From the NCBI GenBank assembly GCA_035559535.1, contig DATMBG010000058.1, positions 1 through 64,000 on the forward strand: a stretch of 64,000 nucleotides of DNA, given 5' to 3'. Below, piece after piece: positions 10,544 through 20,366 of the stretch. The number at the start of each line of letters is the position of its first letter. Positions within the stretch are counted from its first letter, which is position 1. The notes beneath the pieces are model-generated. The model made no database searches, was not told the origin of the DNA, and saw nothing but the letters and a program-made list of their open reading frames with translations. The position numbers and the translations under genes are program-made. The DNA is from Candidatus Limnocylindrales bacterium. GTDB taxonomy: Bacteria > Moduliflexota > Moduliflexia > Moduliflexales > JAUQPW01.

Positions 10544-11746
10544 ATGGCTGTCTTAGAAAGTATCCGCGTTGCTTTAGAAGCTCTGTCCTCCAATAAAATT
10601 CGTTCAACTTTGACTATGTTGGGGGTCATTATCGGGGTTTTTGCTGTCATCTGCCTGGTTTCTATTGGAGAAGGCGCCAAAGCTTATGTTTCCAAAGAAT
10701 TGATGGGAATCGGATCCAATCTCCTGGTTGTAACCCCTGGAAAGGCAAAGACCTCGGGTGGACCTCCCATAAGCGTGGATAGTGCCAAAAAACTTACCTA
10801 CGAAGATGCCGAGTTCATAGCCCGGCGATCTACGGCTGTTAAACAGGTAGCCCCCATCGTAATGGGAACAGGAAAGGTTAAATACGAAAACCGGAGTCGG
10901 GATACAACGGTTTTAGGCGTTACCTATGACTTCCAGCAAGTCCGAAACCTCCATGTAGAAATCGGCTCTTTTATCAGTGCCGATGATGTGGACGCCCGAC
11001 GTAAGGTTTGTACCCTGGGTAGGGTAGTCAAGCAGGAACTTTTCGGAGAAAGTAATCCTCTGGGAAAAATGGTTAAAATCAATGACGTCAGCTTTCGGGT
11101 TATTGGAATCATGGAAAAAAAAGGGATCACCTTTGGATTTAATATCGACGACATCGTATTTATACCAGTTAAAACGGCCCAGGAATTGTATGACACAGAT
11201 AAACTCTTTGAAATTCTGGCCGCAGCTACCAGTGAAAAGGAAGTTGATGAAGCAAAGCGACAGATTACCCAACTTTTGATCAAACGTCACCGGGAAGAGG
11301 ATTTTACCATAACGACCCAGGCAGCCATGTTAGAAAGTATGAATTCTATTTTAACTACCTTAACCTGGGTTTTAGGGGCTATAGCCGGAATCTCTTTGGT
11401 GGTGGGAGGAATAGGAATTATGAATATCATGTTGGTTTCTGTCAGTGAACGAACCCACGAGATTGGAATTCGGAAGGCTGTAGGGGCCAAGAGACGAGAT
11501 ATTCTTTCTCAATTCCTGGTAGAGTCTATTACCATCAGTGCATTGGGAGGATTACTGGGGATGATTCTAGGGGTTGGTCTGGCTCGAGGGCTGGCTTTTA
11601 GCTTTCCTTCGTTGCCGGTTAAAGTTTCACTGTGGTCTATCATTTTAGCCCTTAGTTTTTCCATTTTCGTCGGGATCTTTTTCGGTGTTTACCCGGCACA
11701 TAAAGCTTCTGAACTGGATCCCATCGAAGCCCTTCGACATGAATAG
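10544..11746 (+). CDS. MacB-type ABC transporter permease
   Basis: RSTLTMLGVIIG, GGIGIMNIMLVSVSERTHEIGIRKAVGA, DPIEALRHE. Confidence 0.95.
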   Translation: MAVLESIRVALEALSSNKIRSTLTMLGVIIGVFAVICLVSIGEGAKAYVSKELMGIGSNLLVVTPGKAKTSGGPPISVDSAKKLTYEDAEFIARRSTAVKQVAPIVMGTGKVKYENRSRDTTVLGVTYDFQQVRNLHVEIGSFISADDVDARRKVCTLGRVVKQELFGESNPLGKMVKINDVSFRVIGIMEKKGITFGFNIDDIVFIPVKTAQELYDTDKLFEILAAATSEKEVDEAKRQITQLLIKRHREEDFTITTQAAMLESMNSILTTLTWVLGAIAGISLVVGGIGIMNIMLVSVSERTHEIGIRKAVGAKRRDILSQFLVESITISALGGLLGMILGVGLARGLAFSFPSLPVKVSLWSIILALSFSIFVGIFFGVYPAHKASELDPIEALRHE

Positions 11747-11888
11747 TCAGAATAAAGTGGATCTTAGACCTTTCTCTCTATTGCCCATCATGACCTCTCA
11801 AAGGTTCCTTTTCAGGTTGAAGAAGTATTATAATTAAAAAGGGTCTGGTCTAAATCTCTAAATCAGTAACTATTTTAAATCTATTATC

Positions 11889-12590
11889 ATGGCCGGTATC
11901 TTATATATTGTTTCAACACCCATTGGAAACTACGAGGATATAACCTTACGAGCCCTTCGTATTTTGAGGGAAGTAGATCTGGTTGTTTGTGAAGAGTTTA
12001 AAGAAGGAAAAAAGCTCCTCCACCATTATGAGATCCAAACCGAACTGGAAAGCCTCAATGAGCATAATGAAGCCCAAATAACTCCCTATCTTCTTGATCA
12101 GTTGGTTCAGGGGAAAAGGATTGCCCTGATCTCGGATGCTGGTACTCCTGTTTTTTCTGATCCAGGATTGTCATTGGTTCAGAAAGCCCTTGAGGCGAGC
12201 ATACCCGTACATCCTGTTCCAGGGCCCTCTTCCCTCATGGCAGCGCTGGTTGTTTGTGGATTTGACCTGAGTAAATTCCTTTATTACGGCTGGCTCTCTC
12301 CTAAAAAAGAAATACGACGCAGGGAACTCTCTGCTCTCAAGAAAGAGAGAAAACCTATTGTGTTATTAGACACGCCGTATCGGCTTATTCCCGTTTTAGA
12401 AGATATTACTTTGATTTTTGGCCCGGATCAGGAAATAGCCGTTGCTTTGGATTTGACCCTTCCTTCTGAAGAAATTCGACGAGGACCGGTCGGGAAGGTA
12501 CGGGATTACTATAAAGAAAAGAAAACATCGGGGGAATTTGTACTCATCATCAATAGCCCACAACCTCCGAGAAAATCAACGGGGAGATAA
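11889..12590 (+). CDS. rsmI: 16S rRNA (cytidine1402-2'-O)-methyltransferase
   Basis: LYIVSTPIGN.EDIT.RAL, ALISDAGTP, PVPGPS. Confidence 0.93.
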   Translation: MAGILYIVSTPIGNYEDITLRALRILREVDLVVCEEFKEGKKLLHHYEIQTELESLNEHNEAQITPYLLDQLVQGKRIALISDAGTPVFSDPGLSLVQKALEASIPVHPVPGPSSLMAALVVCGFDLSKFLYYGWLSPKKEIRRRELSALKKERKPIVLLDTPYRLIPVLEDITLIFGPDQEIAVALDLTLPSEEIRRGPVGKVRDYYKEKKTSGEFVLIINSPQPPRKSTGR

Positions 12591-12776
12591 CTTTACCGAT
12601 CTATCCTTCACAGTCCCGGTTCCATAGTTTCTGGTTCTGTTCCAGGCTATTAACCCGAGATTTAAACGGCCCTTAAAGGATACATTACCTTCGATTTCCC
12701 TAAAGGGAGAGCTGTTTTCTCAGAGAAAAAAGCCTTATTTTATTACGATATCTTTAAATTAATTTAAATTTTTCTC

Positions 12777-12805
12777 TTGAACTTCCCGTTGCTATGTGGT
12801 AATCT
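12777..12805 (+). promoter_or_regulatory. sigma-70-type promoter for the SNF2 operon
   Basis: TTGAAC-17 nt-TAATCT with TG upstream of the -10. Confidence 0.5.
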
Positions 12806-12898
12806 TCTTTTTTCAAGAAAGCCCATAGCAGGCTGATTTCACAGAATTTTCAACAGCTCAGAAGCTGGAAGAGGGACCTGCCGGGAGGCCAAAACAAA

Positions 12899-14818
12899 AT
12901 GGATATAGAAAGATTCGAATGGCTTGAAATACCCGAGGAGAAAAGGGTCAAATCGGAACTGAAAAGAGAAACTCCTGATGTTTCTGCTAAACGATGCCCC
13001 AAGTGTGGCTGGCTTGATCATATCAGTGTGGTAGAATGCTTCCGTTGTGGATATGATTATCAAACCGGCCATCTTTATGCCGATTTTCTGAAAAATCGAA
13101 ATCTGGAGATTCCCGAACCGGTTGTGAAAGTTACCTTGGATTTTAATAGAATTCTCAACAGCCGTCGCGTGGATAGTTATCAAGATTACCTCTTGCGCCT
13201 GCAGGTTGAAGAACACGCCTTAATTAAGGGTTTTGATAAACTTATCTCCCTCTCCAGTTCGAATATCATCCATTATCAACACCAGTTAGATACCGCCCTT
13301 AAGGTGTTAAACCAAATGCGGGGCCAGGCCTTATTAGCCGATGAAGTAGGATTGGGGAAGACCATTGAAGCCGGGATTATCATGAAAGAACTTATGGAGA
13401 GGGGTCTGATCAAAAAGATTCTTATTCTTACGCCGGCTTCTCTGGTCACCCAGTGGCAGGAAGAGCTTTTAACTAAATTCGGAGAAACCTTCATCATTGC
13501 TGAAAATCCAGCCGATTGGAAGGAAGATAAAATTATTGCCTCTTTGTCGAAAGCTCAACGTCCTGAGATAGCCAAACTTATTTACCCCTATAGCTATGAT
13601 CTGTTAATCATTGATGAGGCCCATAAGCTCAAGAGCCGATTTACCCAGCGCTTTAAGTTTGTCAATCAAATTAAGAAAAAATATGTCTTGATGTTGACAG
13701 CAACCCCGGTCCATAACGATCTCACCGAGCTTTATAGTCTGGTTACCATCTTGAAACCGGGGTTATTGGGAACCATACGGGCTTTTAAGAGGCAATATGT
13801 CTCAAAGCAAGACCCCAGGCAGCCCAAGAATGAAGCCAGGTTAAAGAAACTGCTCTCCGAGGTGATGGTTCGAAACCGCCGATCAAGTGTCGGTATTCAG
13901 TTCCCCTCACGTCGGGCGGCCATTTATCATTTTAATCTGACCCCTGAAGAACAGCGCCTCTACCAGGAGGTAACCAATTACATTCGAGAAGAATTCAAAG
14001 CCGAAACCAGAAATCAATACCATTTGCTTTCCCTGACCACCCTACAGAAGGAACTCTGTAGCAGCGCCAGAGCTGTTAAAGCAACCCTTGCAAAAATGGC
14101 AGACCGGGAGCAATATCCCCGAATTACCCGACAGAGATTTCAATTTTTCATGGAGTTGGCCGATAAGATTCGATCTCCTCGTAAAGTGGAAGCCCTACTT
14201 GAAATCATCCATCAATTCAAAGGGAAGTTTGTTATTTTTACGGAGTTCTTGAATACCCTCTTTTATCTTCAAGAAACCTTAGAAACCCACGGGATCTCTA
14301 CCAGGATATTCCACGGTGGTATGAGTCTATCCCAACGTTTAGAAGCCATCCGGGATTTAGAACGATCTGCCCAGGTTTTAATCTCTACCCAGGCCGGTGG
14401 AGAAGGGCTTAATCTCCAGTTTTGTCATCAGATGATTAACTATGATTTACCCTGGAATCCTATGATGGTAGAACAACGTATCGGAAGGTTACATCGTTTA
14501 GGACAAAGTAAAGAGGTTTTAATTTTTAACCTCTCTACCAACGCGACAATTGAAGCCCACATCCTGGAACTCCTGGCTAAAAAGATTCGATTATTTGAAC
14601 TGGTTATCGGTGAGCTGGATTTAATCCTGGGAGCTATGGATGACAAAAGAAGTTTTGAGCAGGTCATAACGGATATCTGGATTTCAAGTCAAAATAATGA
14701 GGAATTAGACCAAAGATTCCAGGAACTGGGAAATAAGATCTTGAAAGCGAGGCAGAAATTTCGTAAGATTAAAGAAGCCGATGCCATCTTATCAGAAATA
14801 TTCGAGCCGGAAATATGA
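12899..14818 (+). CDS. SNF2-family ATPase/helicase (YqhH-like) with N-terminal zinc ribbon
   Basis: LLADEVGLGKT, DEAH, LTATP, GGEGLNLQ, YDLPWNP, EQRIGRLHR; N-terminal CPKC...CFRC. Confidence 0.93.
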   Translation: MDIERFEWLEIPEEKRVKSELKRETPDVSAKRCPKCGWLDHISVVECFRCGYDYQTGHLYADFLKNRNLEIPEPVVKVTLDFNRILNSRRVDSYQDYLLRLQVEEHALIKGFDKLISLSSSNIIHYQHQLDTALKVLNQMRGQALLADEVGLGKTIEAGIIMKELMERGLIKKILILTPASLVTQWQEELLTKFGETFIIAENPADWKEDKIIASLSKAQRPEIAKLIYPYSYDLLIIDEAHKLKSRFTQRFKFVNQIKKKYVLMLTATPVHNDLTELYSLVTILKPGLLGTIRAFKRQYVSKQDPRQPKNEARLKKLLSEVMVRNRRSSVGIQFPSRRAAIYHFNLTPEEQRLYQEVTNYIREEFKAETRNQYHLLSLTTLQKELCSSARAVKATLAKMADREQYPRITRQRFQFFMELADKIRSPRKVEALLEIIHQFKGKFVIFTEFLNTLFYLQETLETHGISTRIFHGGMSLSQRLEAIRDLERSAQVLISTQAGGEGLNLQFCHQMINYDLPWNPMMVEQRIGRLHRLGQSKEVLIFNLSTNATIEAHILELLAKKIRLFELVIGELDLILGAMDDKRSFEQVITDIWISSQNNEELDQRFQELGNKILKARQKFRKIKEADAILSEIFEPEI

Positions 14819-16488
14819 AAGAGTTCATTGTAGATTTCTTTAAAAGCTACGGAAGCAGAGTTACAGAACAAGATCATGTTCTACGCATTGATTTATCCCC
14901 GGAACTGACTACGTACTTTCAGCGACCTACCCTACAATTGGTTTTTAACTCCCAGTATTTGAGCCCGGAAACTGAACTGGTTACTTATGGAAGTTATATC
15001 TTTAACCAGATCTATGATCTGTTGAAAGATCGTGGGATTAAAACCTTTTTAAAACTTCCCAGGCGGATATCTACTACAAAAAGAACTTCTTTAGAAACTA
15101 TTCAATTCTGTAATGGAGAGCTTGTTGGTAAAAAAACCCAACGGACCTATCAGGTCGATTGGTATTTCAATTTTAAAATAACCTACTGGTTTGATGAAAA
15201 AATAGAGGAAACCTATGCCCTTAAGATAGATTCTCGAGGAGTTATAACCCGATGTCCTGATCCCTTCTCCGAATTATTTTGGATTCAGGGAGAATTAAAC
15301 GGGCAAAAATCTCGACCTCCCTTATCCCGGAACAAAATACGTCAGTTGTATGAGCGATGCCTGACCGAAGTACAGGCCTATGCCCGAGAGCAGAGTATCA
15401 AACTTCAGGAAAAGTTAATGGAGAGGCTCTATAATAATCTTTCTCGTTTGGAGGTTTATTATCGTCAATGTCAGGATGAGGTAACAGGAACCGATGAGAG
15501 ACAGCGAGAAAAAAAACTGGAACTTCTCCAACAAGAATATCGGTTAAAAGTTGAAGAAGAATTAGATAATCATCAAATTCAAATTTTAATATCCCTGATC
15601 AATTTTTGTAGTGTTCAAACCCCTGTTTTGTATCGGCGATTTCTTTTGAGAGCGTATGGTAAGGAAGAGGAACTGGTTTTAGTTAAAAATCTTTTTTCAG
15701 GTAAGGTAGAATACCCGGTCTGTAGTTCCTGTGATACCCAACTTTACATAGCCGGGATGTGTGGACTTGGGGCTCATATAGCCTGTAATAAGTGCCTGGG
15801 TCATTGCCAGGAATGCGATCAAGACGTCTGTTCCAGTTGTGGAATTCATGCCTGTGAGTATTGCCAAATCGATGTTTGCCAGGATTGCAGACGGATTTGT
15901 AATGAGTGTGGCAAGTGGTTTTGTAACCAACATGTCCTGGGATGCCGATTGTGTAAAATCGAATTTTGTGAAACCTGCGCCGAAACTTGTCAGGTCTGTG
16001 GCTGGACGGTATGCGGCAGACATCTTATTCGATGTACCGTCTGTGAGGGAAAAACCTGTTCCCGGTGCAAAACTTCCTGTGCCCATTGTGAAGAAGAGGT
16101 TTGTAATACCCATTTAATTGCCTGCAGCTTTTGTGGACAACTCACCTGCACCCATTGTATAGAGATTTGTGAGACCTGTAGTTGTCAGATTTGTACCCGT
16201 CATGCGTACACCTGTACCCTCAGTAAAAAACGACTTTGTCAGAAAGATTCCGCCCGCTGCCAAAGTTGTTATACAAGGGTTAGTAAAGAATTTATCCGAA
16301 GTTGTGACATTGGCAGTGAAAAAATTTGTGTCCTATGTGCCGAAATTTGCTCGCAGTGTCAATTGCCGTTCTGTTATGAGCATAGGGATGAACTAAAATC
16401 CTGTGGCAGGTGTGGAAAGGCCTATTGCCTGCTCTGTCGAGATCGAAGGAAGGCCTGTCCAACTTGTGAAAGTTTAGAATATGTCTAG
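14815..16488 (+). CDS. YqhG-like protein with C-terminal Cys-rich tandem zinc-finger repeats
   Basis: ATGA-coupled to SNF2; N-terminal half resembles SNF2-partner (YqhG-like) proteins (coiled coil, RLEVYY); about 14 repeats of CxxC-x4-Cxx(C/H)-x3. Confidence 0.7.
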   Translation: MKEFIVDFFKSYGSRVTEQDHVLRIDLSPELTTYFQRPTLQLVFNSQYLSPETELVTYGSYIFNQIYDLLKDRGIKTFLKLPRRISTTKRTSLETIQFCNGELVGKKTQRTYQVDWYFNFKITYWFDEKIEETYALKIDSRGVITRCPDPFSELFWIQGELNGQKSRPPLSRNKIRQLYERCLTEVQAYAREQSIKLQEKLMERLYNNLSRLEVYYRQCQDEVTGTDERQREKKLELLQQEYRLKVEEELDNHQIQILISLINFCSVQTPVLYRRFLLRAYGKEEELVLVKNLFSGKVEYPVCSSCDTQLYIAGMCGLGAHIACNKCLGHCQECDQDVCSSCGIHACEYCQIDVCQDCRRICNECGKWFCNQHVLGCRLCKIEFCETCAETCQVCGWTVCGRHLIRCTVCEGKTCSRCKTSCAHCEEEVCNTHLIACSFCGQLTCTHCIEICETCSCQICTRHAYTCTLSKKRLCQKDSARCQSCYTRVSKEFIRSCDIGSEKICVLCAEICSQCQLPFCYEHRDELKSCGRCGKAYCLLCRDRRKACPTCESLEYV

Positions 16489-16846
16489 ATTTGTATCCAT
16501 TAAAACTGAATTACGAGATGGGGATATCCTGAAGGAGAGCTTACGGGAGTTAAAATGTACCGTAATCCCTCAAACAGAAATGACCCTGTACGCAAAAACA
16601 CAACCCATTAGCTTCCTATCTGTAACCCCTTTTGGAAGGGTTGGATTCAGGATCAATGATCAGGGTCAGTATGAAATGGTGGGAGATGAAGAAGTCCTCA
16701 AGAAACAAGGAAACTTCCTGGATAGATTAACCCAACGATATGCCTATAATAAAGTAGTTAAGGAAGCTAAAAAAGCTGGATTTTCCTTCATAAAAGAGGA
16801 GGTTATGGAAGACAATAGCATTCGGGTTGTCATTCGCAAATGGTAA
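16481..16846 (+). CDS. DUF1257 (Ycf35-like) protein
   Basis: MSRFVSIKT...VGF...GQYEMVGD...LTQRYA...GF...EE...IRVVIRKW matches the family pattern. Confidence 0.85.
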   Translation: MSRFVSIKTELRDGDILKESLRELKCTVIPQTEMTLYAKTQPISFLSVTPFGRVGFRINDQGQYEMVGDEEVLKKQGNFLDRLTQRYAYNKVVKEAKKAGFSFIKEEVMEDNSIRVVIRKW

Positions 16847-16847
16847 T

Positions 16848-17042
16848 ATGGAAAAAAAAGAGATCGAATTTATTATAAAACCCAATGGGGAGGTGGAATT
16901 TACCGTTAAAGGGGTCAAAGGAAAAAAGTGTGTGCCTCTGGCAGATCTGTTTAAAACCCTGGGAGAAATAACAAATGCCAGGAATACCTCGGAGTATTAC
17001 GAAGAGGATAAAGAAGATAAGGTAAAAACCTATAAATTCTAA
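16848..17042 (+). CDS. DUF2997 protein
   Basis: EIEFIIKPNGEV...GVKGKKC...LG...TSEYY pattern; ATG 1 nt after the upstream stop. Confidence 0.85.
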   Translation: MEKKEIEFIIKPNGEVEFTVKGVKGKKCVPLADLFKTLGEITNARNTSEYYEEDKEDKVKTYKF

Positions 17043-17325
17043 GAAGGGGTCCTATAGGGTGGGAGGGAAAATCTGTAAGATAATGAGGATAGGTAATTTG
17101 GCCATTCTGATTTGCAAGAACATCCGGAATGAAACGTGGAAAAGCAGAAACACAGATAAAGCGAAAGATCCTTACCCTATGTGGGCTTCTTCTGGGTCCG
17201 GGTCTCATCCCGGATGCTTCGGGGGGTTCCAAAATTTCTAGAACTTCCTTTTAATGAAAAATTTCTTCTCCCCTTCAAGTTAAATTCTTCCAGCCCGACT
17301 ATGTTTTCTTCACCCCGCAAGTTCC

Positions 17326-17811
17326 TTATTTAACCGGATTAAAATCGGCTGGTTTATCTCTCATGACGTAAAACAGGCAATCTTCCTCATCACCGCAACG
17401 GCCTTGATGGATCATACCGGCCGGTATATATCCATACGTACCCGGGCCAATCACCAACTCCTTTCCCCCCTCAAGGGGAAGGGTGAGTTTGCCTTTCACT
17501 CCAACAATTTGTTCGGCATTACTATGCCAGTGTTTTACGCCCACAAAGGATTTAGGCAGTCGGATCAAAACATCGGATGGTTCTTTTGTTGGATCTCCTC
17601 GAAGAACGGCGACTTCACAGCCATCCGGCGCATCGGGTCTACAGGGGCTCCATTTGACGCTGTCCGGAGTAATATTCAACGGATTGGCAGTAACCTGGGG
17701 TCGTTGCTTTTCCTGGGAAGAAGCTGTATCGGATAAGATCCAGGTAGCTGATACCACAAAAATCAGAATAACGGAAACAAACTTATGGGAATAGGCAAGA
17801 TTGGGTAACAT
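17326..17811 (-). CDS. Exported cupin-domain protein
   Basis: Signal peptide; HWHSNAE and IPAGMIH cupin motifs; SD aaggag. Confidence 0.85.
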   Translation of the reverse strand: MLPNLAYSHKFVSVILIFVVSATWILSDTASSQEKQRPQVTANPLNITPDSVKWSPCRPDAPDGCEVAVLRGDPTKEPSDVLIRLPKSFVGVKHWHSNAEQIVGVKGKLTLPLEGGKELVIGPGTYGYIPAGMIHQGRCGDEEDCLFYVMRDKPADFNPVK

Positions 17812-17825
17812 AGGTGCTCTCCTTT

Positions 17826-18524
17826 CTAAAAGAAATCAAAGTTAGGAAGTGAAAAAAGGTCGCGCAGTTCTTTATGGATTACAGCCTGGAGCGTCTCCTG
17901 ATAAATGTGGGGACTCATATTTTCTTTATAAGGTACTAATTTTTGTTCAGCTTGCACGAAGAGACGTTCTATCTGAGTAACCGGTAATGTTTTCTTAATG
18001 GTCAGGATCAATTTCTCTTCCAGCTCCTTCAACTGACCGTGAACCTGGGCAGGGTCAAAAGTCGAAGGCGTTTCTTCAACCTGGGAGCGAAGGGAATTCA
18101 GAGAGGAAGTAGTTTGCTGTAGAGCCTCAAAAATCTGTTGATATGCCGGCATTTCTAAGAACCGGGTGAGTTGGGTAATAAGTTTATTCAGGTGTTGGAG
18201 CATCTTCTCGTGTTCTTTTTGCAAAGGTCTGGCCTTTTGTAATTCCGATTCGGGTTTCCCCAGAACCATCTCTTGATAGGTCTGCCAGCAATTCTCCACA
18301 TCGTACTGACAATAGGCCAGGGAACGAATGACCTCTTCTTCCGAATCTTTTTTTTCCTGGAAGCGGGCAAAGGCGGTATCGATTCCCTTAAAAACAACTT
18401 CCAGGGGAATACCTCGTTCTTCCCAGGATTTAACAATAGGCCAGTCAATGGGGGCCAGGCTTGCTGCACGCTCACGTTTTTGGATGAAGTATTTTTCAAT
18501 TTCTTCAAGGTACATAGAATCCAT
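17826..18524 (-). CDS. Conserved hypothetical protein (possible DnaD-like N-terminal fold)
   Basis: Long ORF in operon with coaX; LAPIDWPIVKSWEERGIPLEVVFKGID motif. Confidence 0.6.
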   Translation of the reverse strand: MDSMYLEEIEKYFIQKRERAASLAPIDWPIVKSWEERGIPLEVVFKGIDTAFARFQEKKDSEEEVIRSLAYCQYDVENCWQTYQEMVLGKPESELQKARPLQKEHEKMLQHLNKLITQLTRFLEMPAYQQIFEALQQTTSSLNSLRSQVEETPSTFDPAQVHGQLKELEEKLILTIKKTLPVTQIERLFVQAEQKLVPYKENMSPHIYQETLQAVIHKELRDLFSLPNFDFF

Positions 18525-18539
18525 CTTAGGGATCTGAAG

Positions 18540-19316
18540 TCAGGACCGTTGACCTCTGTTTTTTTCAAATATAATCCGTAGCCCTTCCAGCGTCAAATGA
18601 GGAAGAACTTTTTGAATTTCTTGAGATTCATCCCCGATGAGATGGGCCAGCCCACCCGTTGCGATAATGATCGGATTGGAACCGAGCTCTCTTTTCATCC
18701 GCCCAATAATTCCATCAACCAGAGAAACATATCCATAAAAAAGTCCTGATTCTATACTGGATACGGTATTTTTTCCTATTACCTTTTCCGGTTTACGGAT
18801 ACCCACTTTCGGTAGCTTAGCGGTTCGTTGAAACAGAGCTTCTGCGGAGATAGAAATTCCAGGAGTTATCACGCCCCCCAGATACTCTCCTCGCTCTGAT
18901 ACAGCACAAAAAGTAGTTGCAGTCCCAAAATCGACAATGATGAGAGGTCCTCCAAACATATCAAAGGCCGCCACGGCATTAACAATTCGATCTGCACCGA
19001 CTTCTTTGGGATTATCATAGAGAATCGGCATGCCGGCATGAAGGCTCGGCTCGATAACTAAGGGATCCTGATGGAAATACCGACGGGAGGTTTCTTCTAA
19101 AACTCCTGTCAAAGGTGGGACTACAGAAGAAATTGCAACACCTCTGACCTGTTCGGGATTGAGACCTGCAATTTGGAAAAATTCCCGTATGAGAATACCG
19201 TGTTCATCGACCGTTCGCTCTCGCTGGGTTGAGATACGCCAGCTATTTAAAAGGACTTTTCCCTTATAAACTCCAAGGACAATGTTGGTATTACCAATAT
19301 CAATAACAAGTAACAA
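18540..19316 (-). CDS. coaX: Type III pantothenate kinase
   Basis: [28 protein letters not shown]. Confidence 0.97.
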   Translation of the reverse strand: MLLVIDIGNTNIVLGVYKGKVLLNSWRISTQRERTVDEHGILIREFFQIAGLNPEQVRGVAISSVVPPLTGVLEETSRRYFHQDPLVIEPSLHAGMPILYDNPKEVGADRIVNAVAAFDMFGGPLIIVDFGTATTFCAVSERGEYLGGVITPGISISAEALFQRTAKLPKVGIRKPEKVIGKNTVSSIESGLFYGYVSLVDGIIGRMKRELGSNPIIIATGGLAHLIGDESQEIQKVLPHLTLEGLRIIFEKNRGQRS

Positions 19317-19495
19317 GGGGAGTATGGGAGTATGGGAGTGTGGGAGTGTGGGAGTACGGGCGTGTGGGGGAATTTACCCCCCTTACCTCCATACTCCTAT
19401 ACGCTCATGCCCCCATACCTTCTATCCTCTTCAAGATCTTTTTCATGGGTTGACAGTTAAAAACGGCAAGGGAATAGAACTTAGAATACTTTAAC

Positions 19496-20284
19496 TCATT
19501 TTTGAGCCACCAGGGCTACGTCTCCTGTTACGATGGGCCTTTCTTGACCGGAATCTTCTCTTACATAAAGGGTTCCGTCCTGTTCGACCCGGGTTGCCAG
19601 GCCACGGATAATTTCCTCACCAATTTTAATTTCCACTTGATTTCCCAGCGTACAGGATAAGGAGCACCAGGTCTCAAAGAGTTTGGGGAAATTTCCTTCT
19701 AAAATCAGAAAATACCATTTTTCGAAATTTCTTAAAAGTCTTTGTATTAAAGGAATACGCCGAACGGGGTAACCTGATTCCAGCATCAATGAAGTGACCT
19801 GATCCTGTAATTCCTGGGGGAACTGAACGATATTCGCATTGATTCCAATTCCTGTGACGACCCAATGAATTCGATCCGGTCCTGCTTTAAGTTCGGTCAG
19901 AATGCCTCCTACCTTTTTATTTCTGATCATGAGATCATTCGGCCATTTAATTTGTACATCCAGGCCAGACAAATGACGCAATGTTTCAGCGGCTGCTACG
20001 GCAGCCATGAAAGTGATCTGATAAGCTTTTTGGGGAGGAAGAGGAGGTTTTAGAATAACCGATATATAGATTCCCTCTCCGGGTGGAGAATACCAGGACC
20101 GCCCCATACGTCCTCTCCCCCGTGTCTGTGATTCCGCCAGCACCACAGTACCTTCCAAAGCTCCTTTAGAAGCCAGTTCTAAGGCAACCTCGTTGGTTGA
20201 AGGGACTTCGTATTCCCAGATAATAGAATTACCTATTAATCGGGTATTCAGATAATTTTGAATTTCGAGGGGATTTAACTTCAT
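19496..20284 (-). CDS. birA: Biotin--[acetyl-CoA-carboxylase] ligase (no HTH)
   Basis: STN, QTRGRGRMGRSW, KWPND, KVGGIL; start at ATG 20284. Confidence 0.95.
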   Translation of the reverse strand: MKLNPLEIQNYLNTRLIGNSIIWEYEVPSTNEVALELASKGALEGTVVLAESQTRGRGRMGRSWYSPPGEGIYISVILKPPLPPQKAYQITFMAAVAAAETLRHLSGLDVQIKWPNDLMIRNKKVGGILTELKAGPDRIHWVVTGIGINANIVQFPQELQDQVTSLMLESGYPVRRIPLIQRLLRNFEKWYFLILEGNFPKLFETWCSLSCTLGNQVEIKIGEEIIRGLATRVEQDGTLYVREDSGQERPIVTGDVALVAQK

Positions 20285-20366
20285 AACCCTAAGTCCACAT
20301 CCCTGGAGGCCTACTCCATGACACCTCCGCAAAAAACCTAACCTGGAAAAAGGGTAGGGGAAGGGA

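Noticed and set aside
12899..14818. DISARM DrmD / Zorya ZorD / RapA assignment
   Set aside because: No methylase, DrmA/B or ZorAB neighbours; too short for RapA or DrmD
15721..16470. Possible multiheme cytochrome or ferredoxin
   Set aside because: No CxxCH motifs, no CxxCxxC ferredoxin pattern and no export signal
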